DNA of 64,000 bases from Acidobacteriota bacterium (lineage in GTDB: Bacteria; Acidobacteriota; UBA890; WLXD01): the NCBI GenBank assembly GCA_965248695.1, contig CBDFKD010000002.1:992001-1056000 (forward strand), read 5' to 3'. A model generated the notes under the pieces. It searched no databases and had not been told where the DNA came from. It saw nothing but the letters and a program-made list of their open reading frames with translations. Within the stretch, counting starts at the first letter, position 1, and each line of letters opens with the position of its first letter. Below are positions 48,042 to 58,486 of this stretch, one piece after another. Both the position numbers and the translations under genes were made by a program.

Positions 48042-48980
48042 GTGTCGATTCGACCAGTGAAGCGTCTCGTCAATGCCGCGCCGCATGTCGAGGGTGCCGG
48101 AGTGCACCTGCGACGGGCCTTCGGGTTCGGCAACACCGACGATTTCGACCCGTTCCTGCTGCTGGACGATTTCCGCAACGACGTACCCGAGGAGTATCTG
48201 GCGGGCTTCCCGTGGCACCCGCACCGCGGCATCGAGACCATCACCTACGTGCTGGCGGGCACCGTCGAGCACGGCGACAGTCTCGGCAACGAGGGTGCGA
48301 TCACGCCGGGAGACGTGCAGTGGATGACAGCCGGCAGCGGCATCATCCACCAGGAGATGCCACACGGCGACGCCAATGGGCGCATGCACGGGTTCCAGCT
48401 GTGGGCCAACCTGCCGCGGGCCTCCAAGATGACGCCGCCTCGGTATCAGGACATCAAGTCGGCGGACATTCCCGAGGTAACCGACGACGACGGCACCCGA
48501 GTGCGGGTGATCTGCGGCAACGTCTGGGGGGCGACCGGTCCGGTGGACGGCATCGACGCGGATCCGCACTACATCGACGTATCGATTCCGCCGAACACCA
48601 GGAAACGGATTCCGGTCGAGACGGCGCGCCAGGCGTTCGCCTATGTATTTGCCGGTGCCGGCGAGTTTGCTGACGCCTCCGATCCGCTAGCGGCACCGAC
48701 GGAATGGGTCGATCCGAGCGCCAGCGACGTCATCCTCGAAGGCGAGCCGACGCGCGGTCGGCCAACCCAGGCGGACAATCGCTCCCTCATACTGTTCGAC
48801 CGTGGCGACGAGATCGTGGTCGAGTCGGGCGAGACCGGTCTGCGCTTCCTGCTCGTGTCCGGCAGGCCGCTGCAGGAACCGGTGGCCTGGCACGGCCCAA
48901 TCGTCATGAATACCCGCGCCGAGCTCGCACAGGCGTATCGCGATCTTCAGGACGGTACGTTCCTGAAGTCGACGCCCTAG
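48042..48980 (+). CDS. Pirin family protein
   Basis: EGAGV, DPFLLLD, GFPWHPHRGIETITY, WMTAGSGIIHQE, QLWANLP, GPIVMNT; GGAGGAG RBS before GTG. Confidence 0.95.
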   Translation: MSIRPVKRLVNAAPHVEGAGVHLRRAFGFGNTDDFDPFLLLDDFRNDVPEEYLAGFPWHPHRGIETITYVLAGTVEHGDSLGNEGAITPGDVQWMTAGSGIIHQEMPHGDANGRMHGFQLWANLPRASKMTPPRYQDIKSADIPEVTDDDGTRVRVICGNVWGATGPVDGIDADPHYIDVSIPPNTRKRIPVETARQAFAYVFAGAGEFADASDPLAAPTEWVDPSASDVILEGEPTRGRPTQADNRSLILFDRGDEIVVESGETGLRFLLVSGRPLQEPVAWHGPIVMNTRAELAQAYRDLQDGTFLKSTP

Positions 48981-49005
48981 CCGGGCGCAAAGTGCGGGTC
49001 GGTCG

Positions 49006-49144
49006 CGGAGGCGTCGCTGAGACCGTCAACTTCGACCAAATCAAGCGCGACTACCACGTCATGCATGGATCGATCAATCCGAGCGATATCGAGCCCGCCG
49101 GCCCGCTGATCGACGTCGGCGAGCCTCACGGTCGTGAGGCCTGA
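49006..49144 (+). pseudogene. 3' remnant of glutathionyl-hydroquinone reductase (YqjG-like GST)
   Basis: GVAETVNFDQIKRDYHVMHGSINPSDIEPAGP...PHGR matches the family C-terminus (TVNFDHIKxHYYxSHxxINPxGIVPxGP); no start codon. Confidence 0.7.
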
Positions 49145-49169
49145 CCACTACCCTCTACCGGAGACGAAC

Positions 49170-49649
49170 ATGACCAAGTCGAACCTCACTACTGCGCTGG
49201 CCGGAGCCCTGCTGGCACTGTTTTGCGTGGCGCTGCTGCCGACGAGCGGGGCTGCGGATTGGATCAAGCGACCGACCGCGATTCGTAACTTGCAGACGAC
49301 GTCGATGGACCCGGGCGAAGATGAGCACGCGTTCCCGATCGATCCTGACGGGCAGTTCGACAACCTGGTCCCGTACCTGGTGCCATCCAACGGTGTTTTG
49401 GTCGTCACGACGCTGACGGTGATCCCCCAACTGCCCGACAGCGGCAACAATTTGATCACCGTGTTTCAGCGAGACGCCGATGAGAATCTCTTCTCGCGTG
49501 GGTTTTTCTGGGTCCCCAATGATCGGACGACGCAGCTTCAGTTTGCCGCCGGGATCGTCGTCGCGGGAGATTTCGAGATCATCATCGCCAACAACGGTCG
49601 TAGCGACGGCGAGGTTCTGGTGCACCTCGATGGCTATCTGGATCGCTAG
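49170..49649 (+). CDS. Secreted hypothetical beta-sandwich protein
   Basis: GGAG RBS, signal peptide, YLVPSNGVLVVT, C-terminal LDGYL. Confidence 0.7.
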   Translation: MTKSNLTTALAGALLALFCVALLPTSGAADWIKRPTAIRNLQTTSMDPGEDEHAFPIDPDGQFDNLVPYLVPSNGVLVVTTLTVIPQLPDSGNNLITVFQRDADENLFSRGFFWVPNDRTTQLQFAAGIVVAGDFEIIIANNGRSDGEVLVHLDGYLDR

Positions 49650-49706
49650 ACTGTTGACTTCTTCCGCGATCCTCGCTCAACCCGAATGACGAAACAAGAG
49701 GAATCA

Positions 49707-51138
49707 ATGCACTCGACGCGGCCATCCTTAGCCTGGCGACGCGGGCAGCTTATCGCGCTGGCGCTGTTGCTGATCGCCCCGGTACCGGTCCCGGCCTCGC
49801 AATCGGTGCACGGCGCGCAGCGAGCGACCAAGGCGCTCCCGAAGGTCACGCAGTACGCGGCAACCGTGATCGGCAACGAATGGTGCACTGACCACACCCT
49901 CTACAATGCGGGAAGCACATCCCGGGGCACCTTCGAGGTGCACGGCTCCCCGTCTTCGGAAGAGGACTTCACGCTACGCCGCCATCGCATCTGGAAGAAG
50001 CAGATCTGCGGCGGTGAGCTCCCCGACATGATCGGCACCGCCGCAATCAAAGCCAACGGCGGCATTCTCACCTGAGAACGCGCGTATTTCGGCAGCTTGC
50101 CGACGGAACCTCTCCGGCGGGGACCGTCATCGAGCCCCTCGTGGCAATCGAGAGCCCCGATACGCCAGTGCTGATCCTGCCGCCGCGCGCCAAGGACACC
50201 TCGGCGTTCATCGCGGGATCCAACGTCGGCGACGTGGCTGGGGGGTTCCAGGGTTTCGCCAACAACGGCAACAACGGCTCGTTGGGCAACCCGTTGAACG
50301 TCAACCTCGACGCCCACACCTTCCCGACGACGGACTTTTCCAACAGCAGCGCGAACCAGCCGTGGACGATATTCACCGTCCCGTTCGGCGGGCCCCTCGT
50401 GTTCTACTCCATCACTTACCCGCCCAACGGCGACGTGATCATCGTGCCGGTCACATCGACTGGTGCGCGCACGAGCTACTATCCGGTCCCACCTCCCGAT
50501 TTGACCGACTACTCCCTGCGCATCTACGCGTTGGGTCGCGCGGCACAGACGGTCACCGCGGAGCTGAACGGCTTCCCGACTGGCGACGTATTCACCGGCG
50601 ACGTACTTCCCGGTCAAATCGAGAGATTTGACGGCCTGAACGGCGCCAACTCCTTCTTCGGCGTCAGCGACAGGCCCATAGTGGGGGATTTCGACCAAGA
50701 CGGCATTGACGACCTCGGCGTATGGTTCCCGACGACGCCGTGGCGACGCCCGGCCAGGACTCCGAGTGGCGTTTTCTGACACCGAGCTTCCCGCTCACAA
50801 CGTCCAAGCGCAACGTCGCCATCGGTGCCGTTCTCTCCGAAGACACGCAGGTCACGCATTCGATCCAGAATCTCGGCGACCAGCCGGCCACAGGGACGCG
50901 CATATTCCGCGACGCCAACGGCAAGAAGCTGCTGTCAAAGAAGTTCACGGTGGCGCCGTGGTCCGCTGACACGATCGATTTCCCTGAGAGCGCGCGCGAC
51001 CTGGACGTCAGCGTGCTGACCAAGATGCGCCGCAAGCTCGAGTTCAGGACCCACATCATCGAGCGGCTCGTCAAGGGCTCGCGTGGCTCGCGTGGCGACG
51101 TCGAGGTCAACGTGATCAACGGGAACAACTTGAAGTAG
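49707..51138 (+). CDS. Secreted beta-rich protein with an FG-GAP-like Ca-binding motif, split by two 1-nt frameshifts (about 50071 and 50724)
   Basis: Signal peptide; +C in CC 50071-72 and +G in GG 50724-25 fuse three ORFs into one of about 477 aa; PIVGDFDQDGIDDLGVW. Confidence 0.6.
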
Positions 51139-51266
51139 CAAGGCGCCTGCACACTCCGCCGAACCGAGTCGTCGAGGCGAGATGGGGGCCGGGTAGTCGA
51201 TGGTCGCATTGTGGCGGACGCTAGCGCGGCCCGTCCAGGCTGCGGCGCGGCCAGACCGCGAGCCGC

Positions 51267-52883
51267 CTAGCGCGGCAACCGGAAGACGTTGTCCGGCAGC
51301 TCGTAGCCGACGTTGGAGTTGCGGCGGATCACATCAGCGAGCGTCGTGCGCCTCATCTCTCGCAGCTGGCGGCCGTGGTAGATCTTCTCGTAGTAGAAAC
51401 GGTCGCCGTCGCGTAGCCGGATGAACTGGTCGGCGACGATGGTGTGAAAGGTCGGTCCCATGAGCGACTCGTCGAGATGATCCTCGGCGAGGCCGCCGAC
51501 CCACAGATCGATATCGTCGATATCCCCGTACAGGGTTTCGAGACGCTCGGCGAGATCCTCGTCAGAGGTGATCTCCCAGAACTCTCGGTACGGTCGCAGA
51601 CCGAACAGCGCCCGGGTGCGGTTGAACGATTCGAGACCGTGATCGCGGCCGCGTTGAATGTTCAACGACGCGAGGTCGAAGCCACCGGCGCCGGGTGGTC
51701 CGAAGAGGAAATTGCGCAGCTCGTCGACCACCATCGTGTCGACCGCGCGCGCCTGCTGCGCCGCCAGGCCACGGAGCACGGAGCCGATCCCGTTGGCAGT
51801 GATCTCGTGCGGCGCGAAGAACGCACCCGTGAGCGTCAAGTGTCCTGCGGCAATCGGTGCCCCTGACGCATCCAAGCGTAGCAACACGGGCGATACCATG
51901 CTGTGGCCGAACCGATACGCAGCGGTAGAGAATTCCTGTGCAACGTCGGCCCGCACCTGCGCCCTCCAACCGCTGTACTCTGGCATGCTGTGGCGGCCCA
52001 GCAACACGGGCAGGAACTCGTTGTAAGTGATCGACTGCAACAGCCCACCGACCCACGCCCGGGCGCGCTGATAGATCTCCTCGCCATCGAGCCGTGGCTT
52101 GCGCCGGCGGATGCCGCGCGCCACCCGGTTATGCTCCCTGACCCAGAGCGTATGCAGGGCCGTCAGCCCCACCTGCTCGTTAGCGCGTACGTCACCGGCG
52201 AGGAACAACGCCGAGCTCGGCCCGCCGGCGTTGTCCAGCCCCGCAGTGTTGAACGGCAGCAGGTCGACGGAGCTGGTCTTCAACAGTCCGTCGCCACCGT
52301 GGCGGCGCAGCGCATCGGCACGAACCGCATCCGAACCGTAGACGTTCGAGGCGTCGATCCACGACGTGATCATATTCAACTGCCGGCGCGGGTTGGTACG
52401 CACGTGGCCGGTTTGCGTGTCGTAGACAGAGCGCGTCAGACCGATCACCTGCGTACCGCTTCCGCCCGGGTCGAAATGTGGATCACCGGGCGGCACCGGG
52501 ATAGGGAAGCTCTCCGCTGGCTCGGCTCCCGGCGTCAGGTCGAGATCGTGGTCGAGGAACTGACCCCATACCCACAAGTAGTCCGTCGCTCGCGCGTGGT
52601 TCAGCACGACGTCGGTCTCTGCCGCAACCTCGTTGGAGATCTCACGCGCGCTCGGGCGATGCGGGCCCGCAGGTGACGACATCAGGTCGGCGTAGGCATG
52701 GCCCGCGAGGCGCGTTAGATGCGTCCCCGCGGCGCCGCGGTCGGGGCTCAGATAGCTATTGCCGCTGCCGTCGATAGCGCGGTACTCCTCCATACCACCG
52801 GCGGCGTCCGCCAGGGTGCCGACGAGGCACATTGCCACCAAGCACGGCGCCACCAATCGCCTGATCGTCTGTGCCCGGGCCAC
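51267..52883 (-). CDS. Secreted animal-type haem peroxidase (peroxidase-cyclooxygenase superfamily)
   Basis: YRAIDGSGN, WGQFLDHD (distal His), GDVRANEQ, LWVREHNR, AYRFGHS (proximal His), NIQRGRDHG, LRDGDRFYYE. Confidence 0.93.
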   Translation of the reverse strand: MARAQTIRRLVAPCLVAMCLVGTLADAAGGMEEYRAIDGSGNSYLSPDRGAAGTHLTRLAGHAYADLMSSPAGPHRPSAREISNEVAAETDVVLNHARATDYLWVWGQFLDHDLDLTPGAEPAESFPIPVPPGDPHFDPGGSGTQVIGLTRSVYDTQTGHVRTNPRRQLNMITSWIDASNVYGSDAVRADALRRHGGDGLLKTSSVDLLPFNTAGLDNAGGPSSALFLAGDVRANEQVGLTALHTLWVREHNRVARGIRRRKPRLDGEEIYQRARAWVGGLLQSITYNEFLPVLLGRHSMPEYSGWRAQVRADVAQEFSTAAYRFGHSMVSPVLLRLDASGAPIAAGHLTLTGAFFAPHEITANGIGSVLRGLAAQQARAVDTMVVDELRNFLFGPPGAGGFDLASLNIQRGRDHGLESFNRTRALFGLRPYREFWEITSDEDLAERLETLYGDIDDIDLWVGGLAEDHLDESLMGPTFHTIVADQFIRLRDGDRFYYEKIYHGRQLREMRRTTLADVIRRNSNVGYELPDNVFRLPR

Positions 52884-52886
52884 CAG

Positions 52887-53699
52887 CTATCGGCTCCCGG
52901 CGGCGCTGAGCAACGCCGTCACATCGTCGTCACCGGTGTGCCAGCCACCGGGTTGATTGAAGCTCGTATCGACCTCCTCATCGGGCCCGGCCGAGTAACA
53001 CACCACCGCGCTGGAGAACCCATCCGCGTCGTAACCCTGCGGCAGATGCAGAGCGAAGACGTTCGCCATGTAGCGGTTGCCCCAAGGATCGGGTTCCACG
53101 GCATCGGCGATGTACGGACCGCGCCAGGCGAACATGCTGTTGAAGCCTTGTCCATCGTCGGTATCGAAAACCAGACCGCCCTCGATTCCGGTGCTGGTGC
53201 CTCCCGAGACCATATCGGCCGGGGTGCGATATCCGTTCGACGAGTACCCGAGCGGGGTGTTGTGGATCAGATGATTGGCGAGGGTGTCAACGCGGAACTG
53301 GACCTGCTGACCGGAGATATCGAGGTCAGCGTGGAGGTTGTCGCGATACTCGGTCGCCCAGTCGTCGCCGGCGACGGTTCCCGAGTGATTCACCGTCGGC
53401 GTGTCGCCGTCGCCGATCAGCAACCCAACGACGTAATCGCGATAGGGCGTGTCCGCCTCGTATCCGCCGGCTTCCCGGCCACCCCATTCGTAGAAGGCAG
53501 CCTCACCGGTATCGACGACATAGCGCGACAGAACCGAGCACAACGCCCCCACGTCTTCCTGAACGCGGGCGAATCGAGCGAGTCGATTGAAGCTGCCGAT
53601 GTTCGGCAGCATGATCGCCGACAGGATCGCCAACACGAACAGGATGATTGTCACTTCGACGAGGGTGAAGCCGGCTTCCCTGGCATTTCGGTCGTCCAT
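52887..53699 (-). CDS. Prepilin-type N-terminal cleavage/methylation protein (GspG/pilin-like)
   Basis: AG|FTLVEVTIIL class III signal; WRGPYI, DPWGNRY, YSAGPD GspG-like motifs. Confidence 0.9.
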   Translation of the reverse strand: MDDRNAREAGFTLVEVTIILFVLAILSAIMLPNIGSFNRLARFARVQEDVGALCSVLSRYVVDTGEAAFYEWGGREAGGYEADTPYRDYVVGLLIGDGDTPTVNHSGTVAGDDWATEYRDNLHADLDISGQQVQFRVDTLANHLIHNTPLGYSSNGYRTPADMVSGGTSTGIEGGLVFDTDDGQGFNSMFAWRGPYIADAVEPDPWGNRYMANVFALHLPQGYDADGFSSAVVCYSAGPDEEVDTSFNQPGGWHTGDDDVTALLSAAGSR

Positions 53700-53772
53700 G
53701 CGGCTCGCTCCGAGATCGGGAGCCACGGCGCCGGGGAGACCACCGAAGCGTTCAAGTGAAAGCTAACTTACG

Positions 53773-53787
53773 GCGCCAGGCGTACCA
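53773..53787 (-). promoter_or_regulatory. Candidate sigma-54 promoter TGGTACGCCTGGCGC (GG-N10-GC)
   Basis: Good -24 element and weak -12, about 75 nt upstream of the pilin-like gene. Confidence 0.4.
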
Positions 53788-53956
53788 AAACCGGCCAGGC
53801 CGCGGTTGTCCGCTCCTGACCACCCGATGTGGCAACGGTGGTTGACACCGTCCGACCTAGGCCACTTTTTGGGCGACCGGAGGACTCGGGCCCCGGACAA
53901 GCGAGGTAACTGTCAGTCTCGACAACCGCGCCGCCAGGCGTGAGAGACTGCCACCA

Positions 53957-55174
53957 ATGAACAGCGATGAATCGCCGCGGCGTGGACCGGCCGCAGGCGC
54001 CACCGTTTCCTCCGACCCCGGCTCGACCGATCCATCCGAGGCGACCGAGGCGCTCGACCGCCGCGGGTTCGTCCGCGCAGTTGCCGCCACTGCCGCAGCC
54101 GCCGGCGCCGGCGCCTCGGCGGTCGCGTGTAGCTCCCCGCAAGATGCTCCAGCAGTGCACACGCGCGAGCGTGTGCGCTGGCGACTGACATCGAGCTTCC
54201 CGCGAGGGCTCGATCTGCTTTACGGCATCAACGACCGTCTGGCGGACCGTCTCGACCAGCTATCGGGCGGGTTGTTTCAGCTGCGTTCCTATCCCGCCGG
54301 CGAGCTGGTGCCGGGGCTGCAGGTGCTCGACGCCGTACAGCAAAGCACCGTCGAGGTGGGGCATACGGCGAGCTACTACTACACCGGCAAGAATCCGGCG
54401 TTCGCCTTCGAGATCGGCATGCCGTTCGGGCTCGTGGCCTCGCAGCAGCTGGCGTGGCTGTATCGGGGCGGCGGGCTCGAGCTCATGCGCGAGGTTCTGG
54501 CCGACTTCAACGCCACGACCTTCCCGGCTGGATCGACCGGCTCACAGATGGGCGGTTGGTTCAAGAACGAGGTCAACAGCCTGGACGATCTCCAGGGTTT
54601 GAAGATGCGTATTCCCGGCATAGGTGGCGAGGTGATGAGCCGCCTGGGAGTCACGGTTCAGGTGATCGCCGGCGGCGACGTCTATCCGGCGCTGGAGCGC
54701 GGCGCCATCGACGCCACCGAGTGGGCCGGCCCCTACGACGATGAGCAGCTGGGCTTCCACGAGATCGTCAAGAACTACTACTACCCGTGCTGGTGGGAAC
54801 CAGGTCCGACCCTGTCGTTCTACGTCAATCGCGATCGGTGGAGGGAGCTGTCTTCCGAGTATCAGGCGATGTTCGAGAGCGCCACCACCGAGGTGGCGGC
54901 GCGCATGACGGGGAGCTACGAGGCCCTGACGCCGCCGGCGCTGCAACGACTGCTCGCGGCAGGGGTGCAGCTGCGGCCGTTCTCCGATGACGTCCTCAAC
55001 GCCGCCTACGATCGGTCGTTCGAGCTGTTCGAGGAGAATGCCGCGGCCGATGCCGGTTATCGCAAGATCTACGACTCGTGGCGTGCCGTGCGCAAGGGAG
55101 CATTCCATTGGTACGGCAGCTCGGCGCGCGCCTACGCCGACTTCATACTCTCGCGGACACCTGGAATCGCCTAG
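53957..55174 (+). CDS. Tat-exported TRAP substrate-binding protein (TakP-like, 2-keto acid/monocarboxylate type), orphan
   Basis: DRRGFV Tat motif, WRLTSSFP, AGELVP, QMGGWF, GLKMRIPG, PYDDEQLG, YYYPCWWEPG. Confidence 0.9.
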   Translation: MNSDESPRRGPAAGATVSSDPGSTDPSEATEALDRRGFVRAVAATAAAAGAGASAVACSSPQDAPAVHTRERVRWRLTSSFPRGLDLLYGINDRLADRLDQLSGGLFQLRSYPAGELVPGLQVLDAVQQSTVEVGHTASYYYTGKNPAFAFEIGMPFGLVASQQLAWLYRGGGLELMREVLADFNATTFPAGSTGSQMGGWFKNEVNSLDDLQGLKMRIPGIGGEVMSRLGVTVQVIAGGDVYPALERGAIDATEWAGPYDDEQLGFHEIVKNYYYPCWWEPGPTLSFYVNRDRWRELSSEYQAMFESATTEVAARMTGSYEALTPPALQRLLAAGVQLRPFSDDVLNAAYDRSFELFEENAAADAGYRKIYDSWRAVRKGAFHWYGSSARAYADFILSRTPGIA

Positions 55175-55381
55175 CAGGACGCAGCTCACACCTGATCTGC
55201 GACGTCCTCTTACGCTACGGCAACGAGGCTTCCGGTCGCTGAAGCCTATCGGCGACTCGACGCCGGCCGACAGTAGCGGCGCCACCCAGTCGAACGCCGG
55301 TTTCGTTCTGATGCATCGCTATCATCGTGCCCGCGGTAGCGGGCCGGAGCATCACGCGGCCGCTCTGGACGCCTCGTGGTC

Positions 55382-55402
55382 ATATATCACGATACGATAT
55401 AT
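55382..55402. promoter_or_regulatory. Candidate PadR operator ATATATC-N7-GATATAT
   Basis: Perfect 7-bp AT-rich inverted repeat 45 nt upstream of padR. Confidence 0.65.
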
Positions 55403-55447
55403 CTCGATCCCTGAGACTTCCGACTACGGCTTGCCTTAGGTGAACAC

Positions 55448-55783
55448 ATGAAACTGACGGTCGCGTTCTTCCACATTCTGCTGGCGCTCGTCGACTCTGA
55501 CCTGCACGGGCTCGGGATCGTCGACAAGGTCGAGCGCCGTACCGACGGCGAGGTGAAGCTCGGCCCCGGGATCCTCTATGGGTCGATCAAGAAGCTGGTC
55601 GGCGTGGGCCTGATTGAGGAATCAGCCTGGCGGCCGGCCCCGGAGCTCGACGACCCGCGGCGACGCTACTACCGGATCACATCGCCCGGGCGACGGGCCG
55701 TGCATGCCGAGGCCCAACGGTGGGCGCAGGTTGTGCAAGTGGCGCGCGACAAGAATGTGCTCGACAAGCGAGGCGTCCGATGA
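55448..55783 (+). CDS. PadR-family transcriptional regulator
   Basis: FHILLAL, LHGLGI, LGPGILYGSIKKL, RRRYYRIT. Confidence 0.92.
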   Translation: MKLTVAFFHILLALVDSDLHGLGIVDKVERRTDGEVKLGPGILYGSIKKLVGVGLIEESAWRPAPELDDPRRRYYRITSPGRRAVHAEAQRWAQVVQVARDKNVLDKRGVR

Positions 55784-58486
55784 GCGCTCCCAACGGTCCG
55801 GGAAGGGCGCCGCGAGGGGATGGCGCGACCGGTGCTGGATGGATCCTGCGTGTGACCAACCGGACCTTTCTCCTCGCGCTACGCCTCTACCCAGGGGGGC
55901 TCCGCGAGCGCTACGGCGCGGAGATGTTGCAGGTCCTGGAGCATCGCTGGGACAGGGGGCGTCGCGCCTATCCACGATCGTACCTGCCGCGAGTGTGGTG
56001 GCATCTGATCGGTGACCTAGCGGCGAGTATCCGGTCCGATCGCCGCGAAGCTGGCCGCGAAAGGCGCATATCGCTGCGTGAGCTGAGCGGCTCGGTGATC
56101 CAGGACATGCGTTACGCCACCCGGGGGTTCATCAAGGCACCGGGGTTCGTTCTGGTGGCGGTGCTGACGGTGGCGCTCGGAGTCGGCGCGAACGTGGCGA
56201 TCTTCAGCGTCGTCAATGCGGTGGTGCTGAGACCGCTTCCGTTTCCGGACTCCGCCCGGATCGCACGCCTGTGGCCATCGCACTTCTTCTCAGCCCGCGA
56301 GGTTGTGGCGCTGCAGGAAGAAGCTGTTTCCTACGAGGCTATCGCCGCCGTGGCGCGGGGAACGTTCTCGGCGACGGGCGACGGTGTCCCCGAGCAGTTC
56401 AGCGGCAGCATCGTCGGCGCGAGTCATTTTGACGTCCTCGGGATCCGGCCGTCGCTGGGGCGCGCCTTCGTCCGCGGCGACTCGGAACCCGGTAGCAGTC
56501 ATCTCGCCATCCTGAGCCACGGCTACTGGACGCGCCGGTTCGGCCCTCGACCCCGACGTGCTCGGTCGATCGATCGCGGTCGAGGGCCAGGGCTCGTTGT
56601 CGCGGACGGTCGTCGGTGTGATGCCCCCCGGATACGAGCCGTTCCCGTGGCAGACGGACATCCTCGTCCCGATGGTCATCGAGCCAGGCACGCACGACTT
56701 CGATGACATGCACCGCTTCTGGCTCCTCGGGCGCCTACGACCCGAAGTCGAGGTAGCCACCGCACAAGCAGAGCTTCAGAGCATCACGGCGCGGCTATCG
56801 GCGAGCGAGAACCCAGTTTTCAGTCGGGACGCCTCGGAAACTGCCCGGGTCGTCACCTACCACGAGTCCCGAGTCGGCGAAGTGCGCGGCACCCTTTGGA
56901 TCCTACTCGCCGCCGTGGGGGCGGTACTGCTGGTCGCCTGCACCAACGTCGCCAATCTGCTGCTGGCCCGTTCGGGCGTGCGTGAACAGGAGATCTCGGT
57001 ACGCGTTGCCATCGGCGCCAGCAGGTGGCGCGTTGTCCGTCAGCTGCTGACCGAAAACGTACTGCTGGGTTTGGCCGGCGGAGTCGTGGGCGTTGCGGTT
57101 GCCACCGCCGCAACATCGGTGTTGATCGGGCTACTGCCGGCGAACACACCGCGAACCGCCGAGATCGGTATCGACGCCGCTGTGCTGTGGTTCGCCGTCG
57201 GGACCTCACTCGCCGCTGGCCTGGTATTCGGACTCGTCCCGGCACTTCGAGCCACCCGCAGAGACCGAGCAACGCGGCCTGATGGCGGCCGTGGAATCAC
57301 CGCAGGGCAGCGGAGATTTCGACTCAACAACGGACTCGTTGCCGCCGAGGTGGGAATTTCCGTCGTGCTGGTGGTTGCCGCGGGGCTGCTGGTCAAGAGC
57401 CTCTGGTTGTTGCAGCAGGTCGACCCTGGATTCAATGTCGACAGCATCACGACCGTACGCATCGCGCCGCCACCGGGCACCTACCCCGGTGACGAGGAGC
57501 GTCGCCTCTATTACCGACAGGTCGAGGAACGGGTCGCGGCGCTCCCCGGCATCGACTCAGTGGGGCTGGTCAACGCGCTGCCGCTCACCCGAGGCGTGAT
57601 GGGGGTGGCCATATCGCCCGATGGTCGGCCGGTCCCAGCCGGCGCTCAGCCGGAGTACGTCAGCTACCGTGCCGCAAGCGCCGGCTACGTCTCTACTTTC
57701 CAGATTCCGTTGCTGGCAGGACGGGGTCTCGGTGCCGAGGATCGCAGCGGTTCGGCGCCCGTAGGGATGGTCAACAGGGCGCTGGCCGGTCGCCTCTGGC
57801 CTGACGAGAGCGCTGTAGGAAAGGTGGTCCACTGGCCGACCGGGGACCCCTGGTTCACCGTCGTCGGGATCGTTGAAGACTTCCACCAGACGGCGCTGTC
57901 GGCAGCCGTACGGCCCGAGGCCTACGTCCCCTATGACCAGGAGTCGTGGCTCGGAACGATGCACCTGGCGGTACGATCCGGCGGCGATGTCGACATCGCC
58001 ACCCTGCAGGAGGCGATCTGGTCCGTCGACCGCAACGTGGTGGTGTCGAGCAGCTCGACGATGGAGCAAGTGCTCTACCGGTCAATGGCCAGCCCCCGAT
58101 CGACCACCTTGCTGTTCGCGGCTTTCGCAGTGCTGGCGCTGACGCTCGGAGCCATCGGGGTCTTCGGCGTGATGACCTACATCGTCAGCCAGCGCACTCA
58201 GGAGATTGGTGTCCGCCTCGCTCTCGGCGCCACGCGAGGAGACGTGATCCGCACCACCGTACGCGCCGGCATGGCACCAGCGGTGGCGGGGTTGCTGGTG
58301 GGGAGCCTCGCCTCCGCGACCAGCGGCAGCCTGTTGTCGAACCTCCTGTTCCAGGTAGCACCTACAGACCCGGGCGTGCTCGCAGCAGTAGTCGGACTGT
58401 TCCTGGTGGTGATCGCGCTGGCCAACCTCGTGCCAGCGCTGCGAGCCTCCAAGGTCGATCCGGTGGTTTCGCTGCGTCAGCAATAG
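55780..58486 (+). CDS. Second duplicated orphan ABC permease (ADOP type); 1-nt frameshift at about 56545
   Basis: QDMRYATR, ALGVGANVAIFS, LLVACTNVANLLL, QRTQEIGVRLALGA; removing one C from CCC 56544-46 joins the two ORFs (RRFGLDPDVLGR). Confidence 0.88.

Noticed and set aside
50073-50075. TGA as a second selenocysteine codon
   Set aside because: No Cys/redox context or clear SECIS; a single-C indel just upstream explains the break and the downstream ORF is in another frame.
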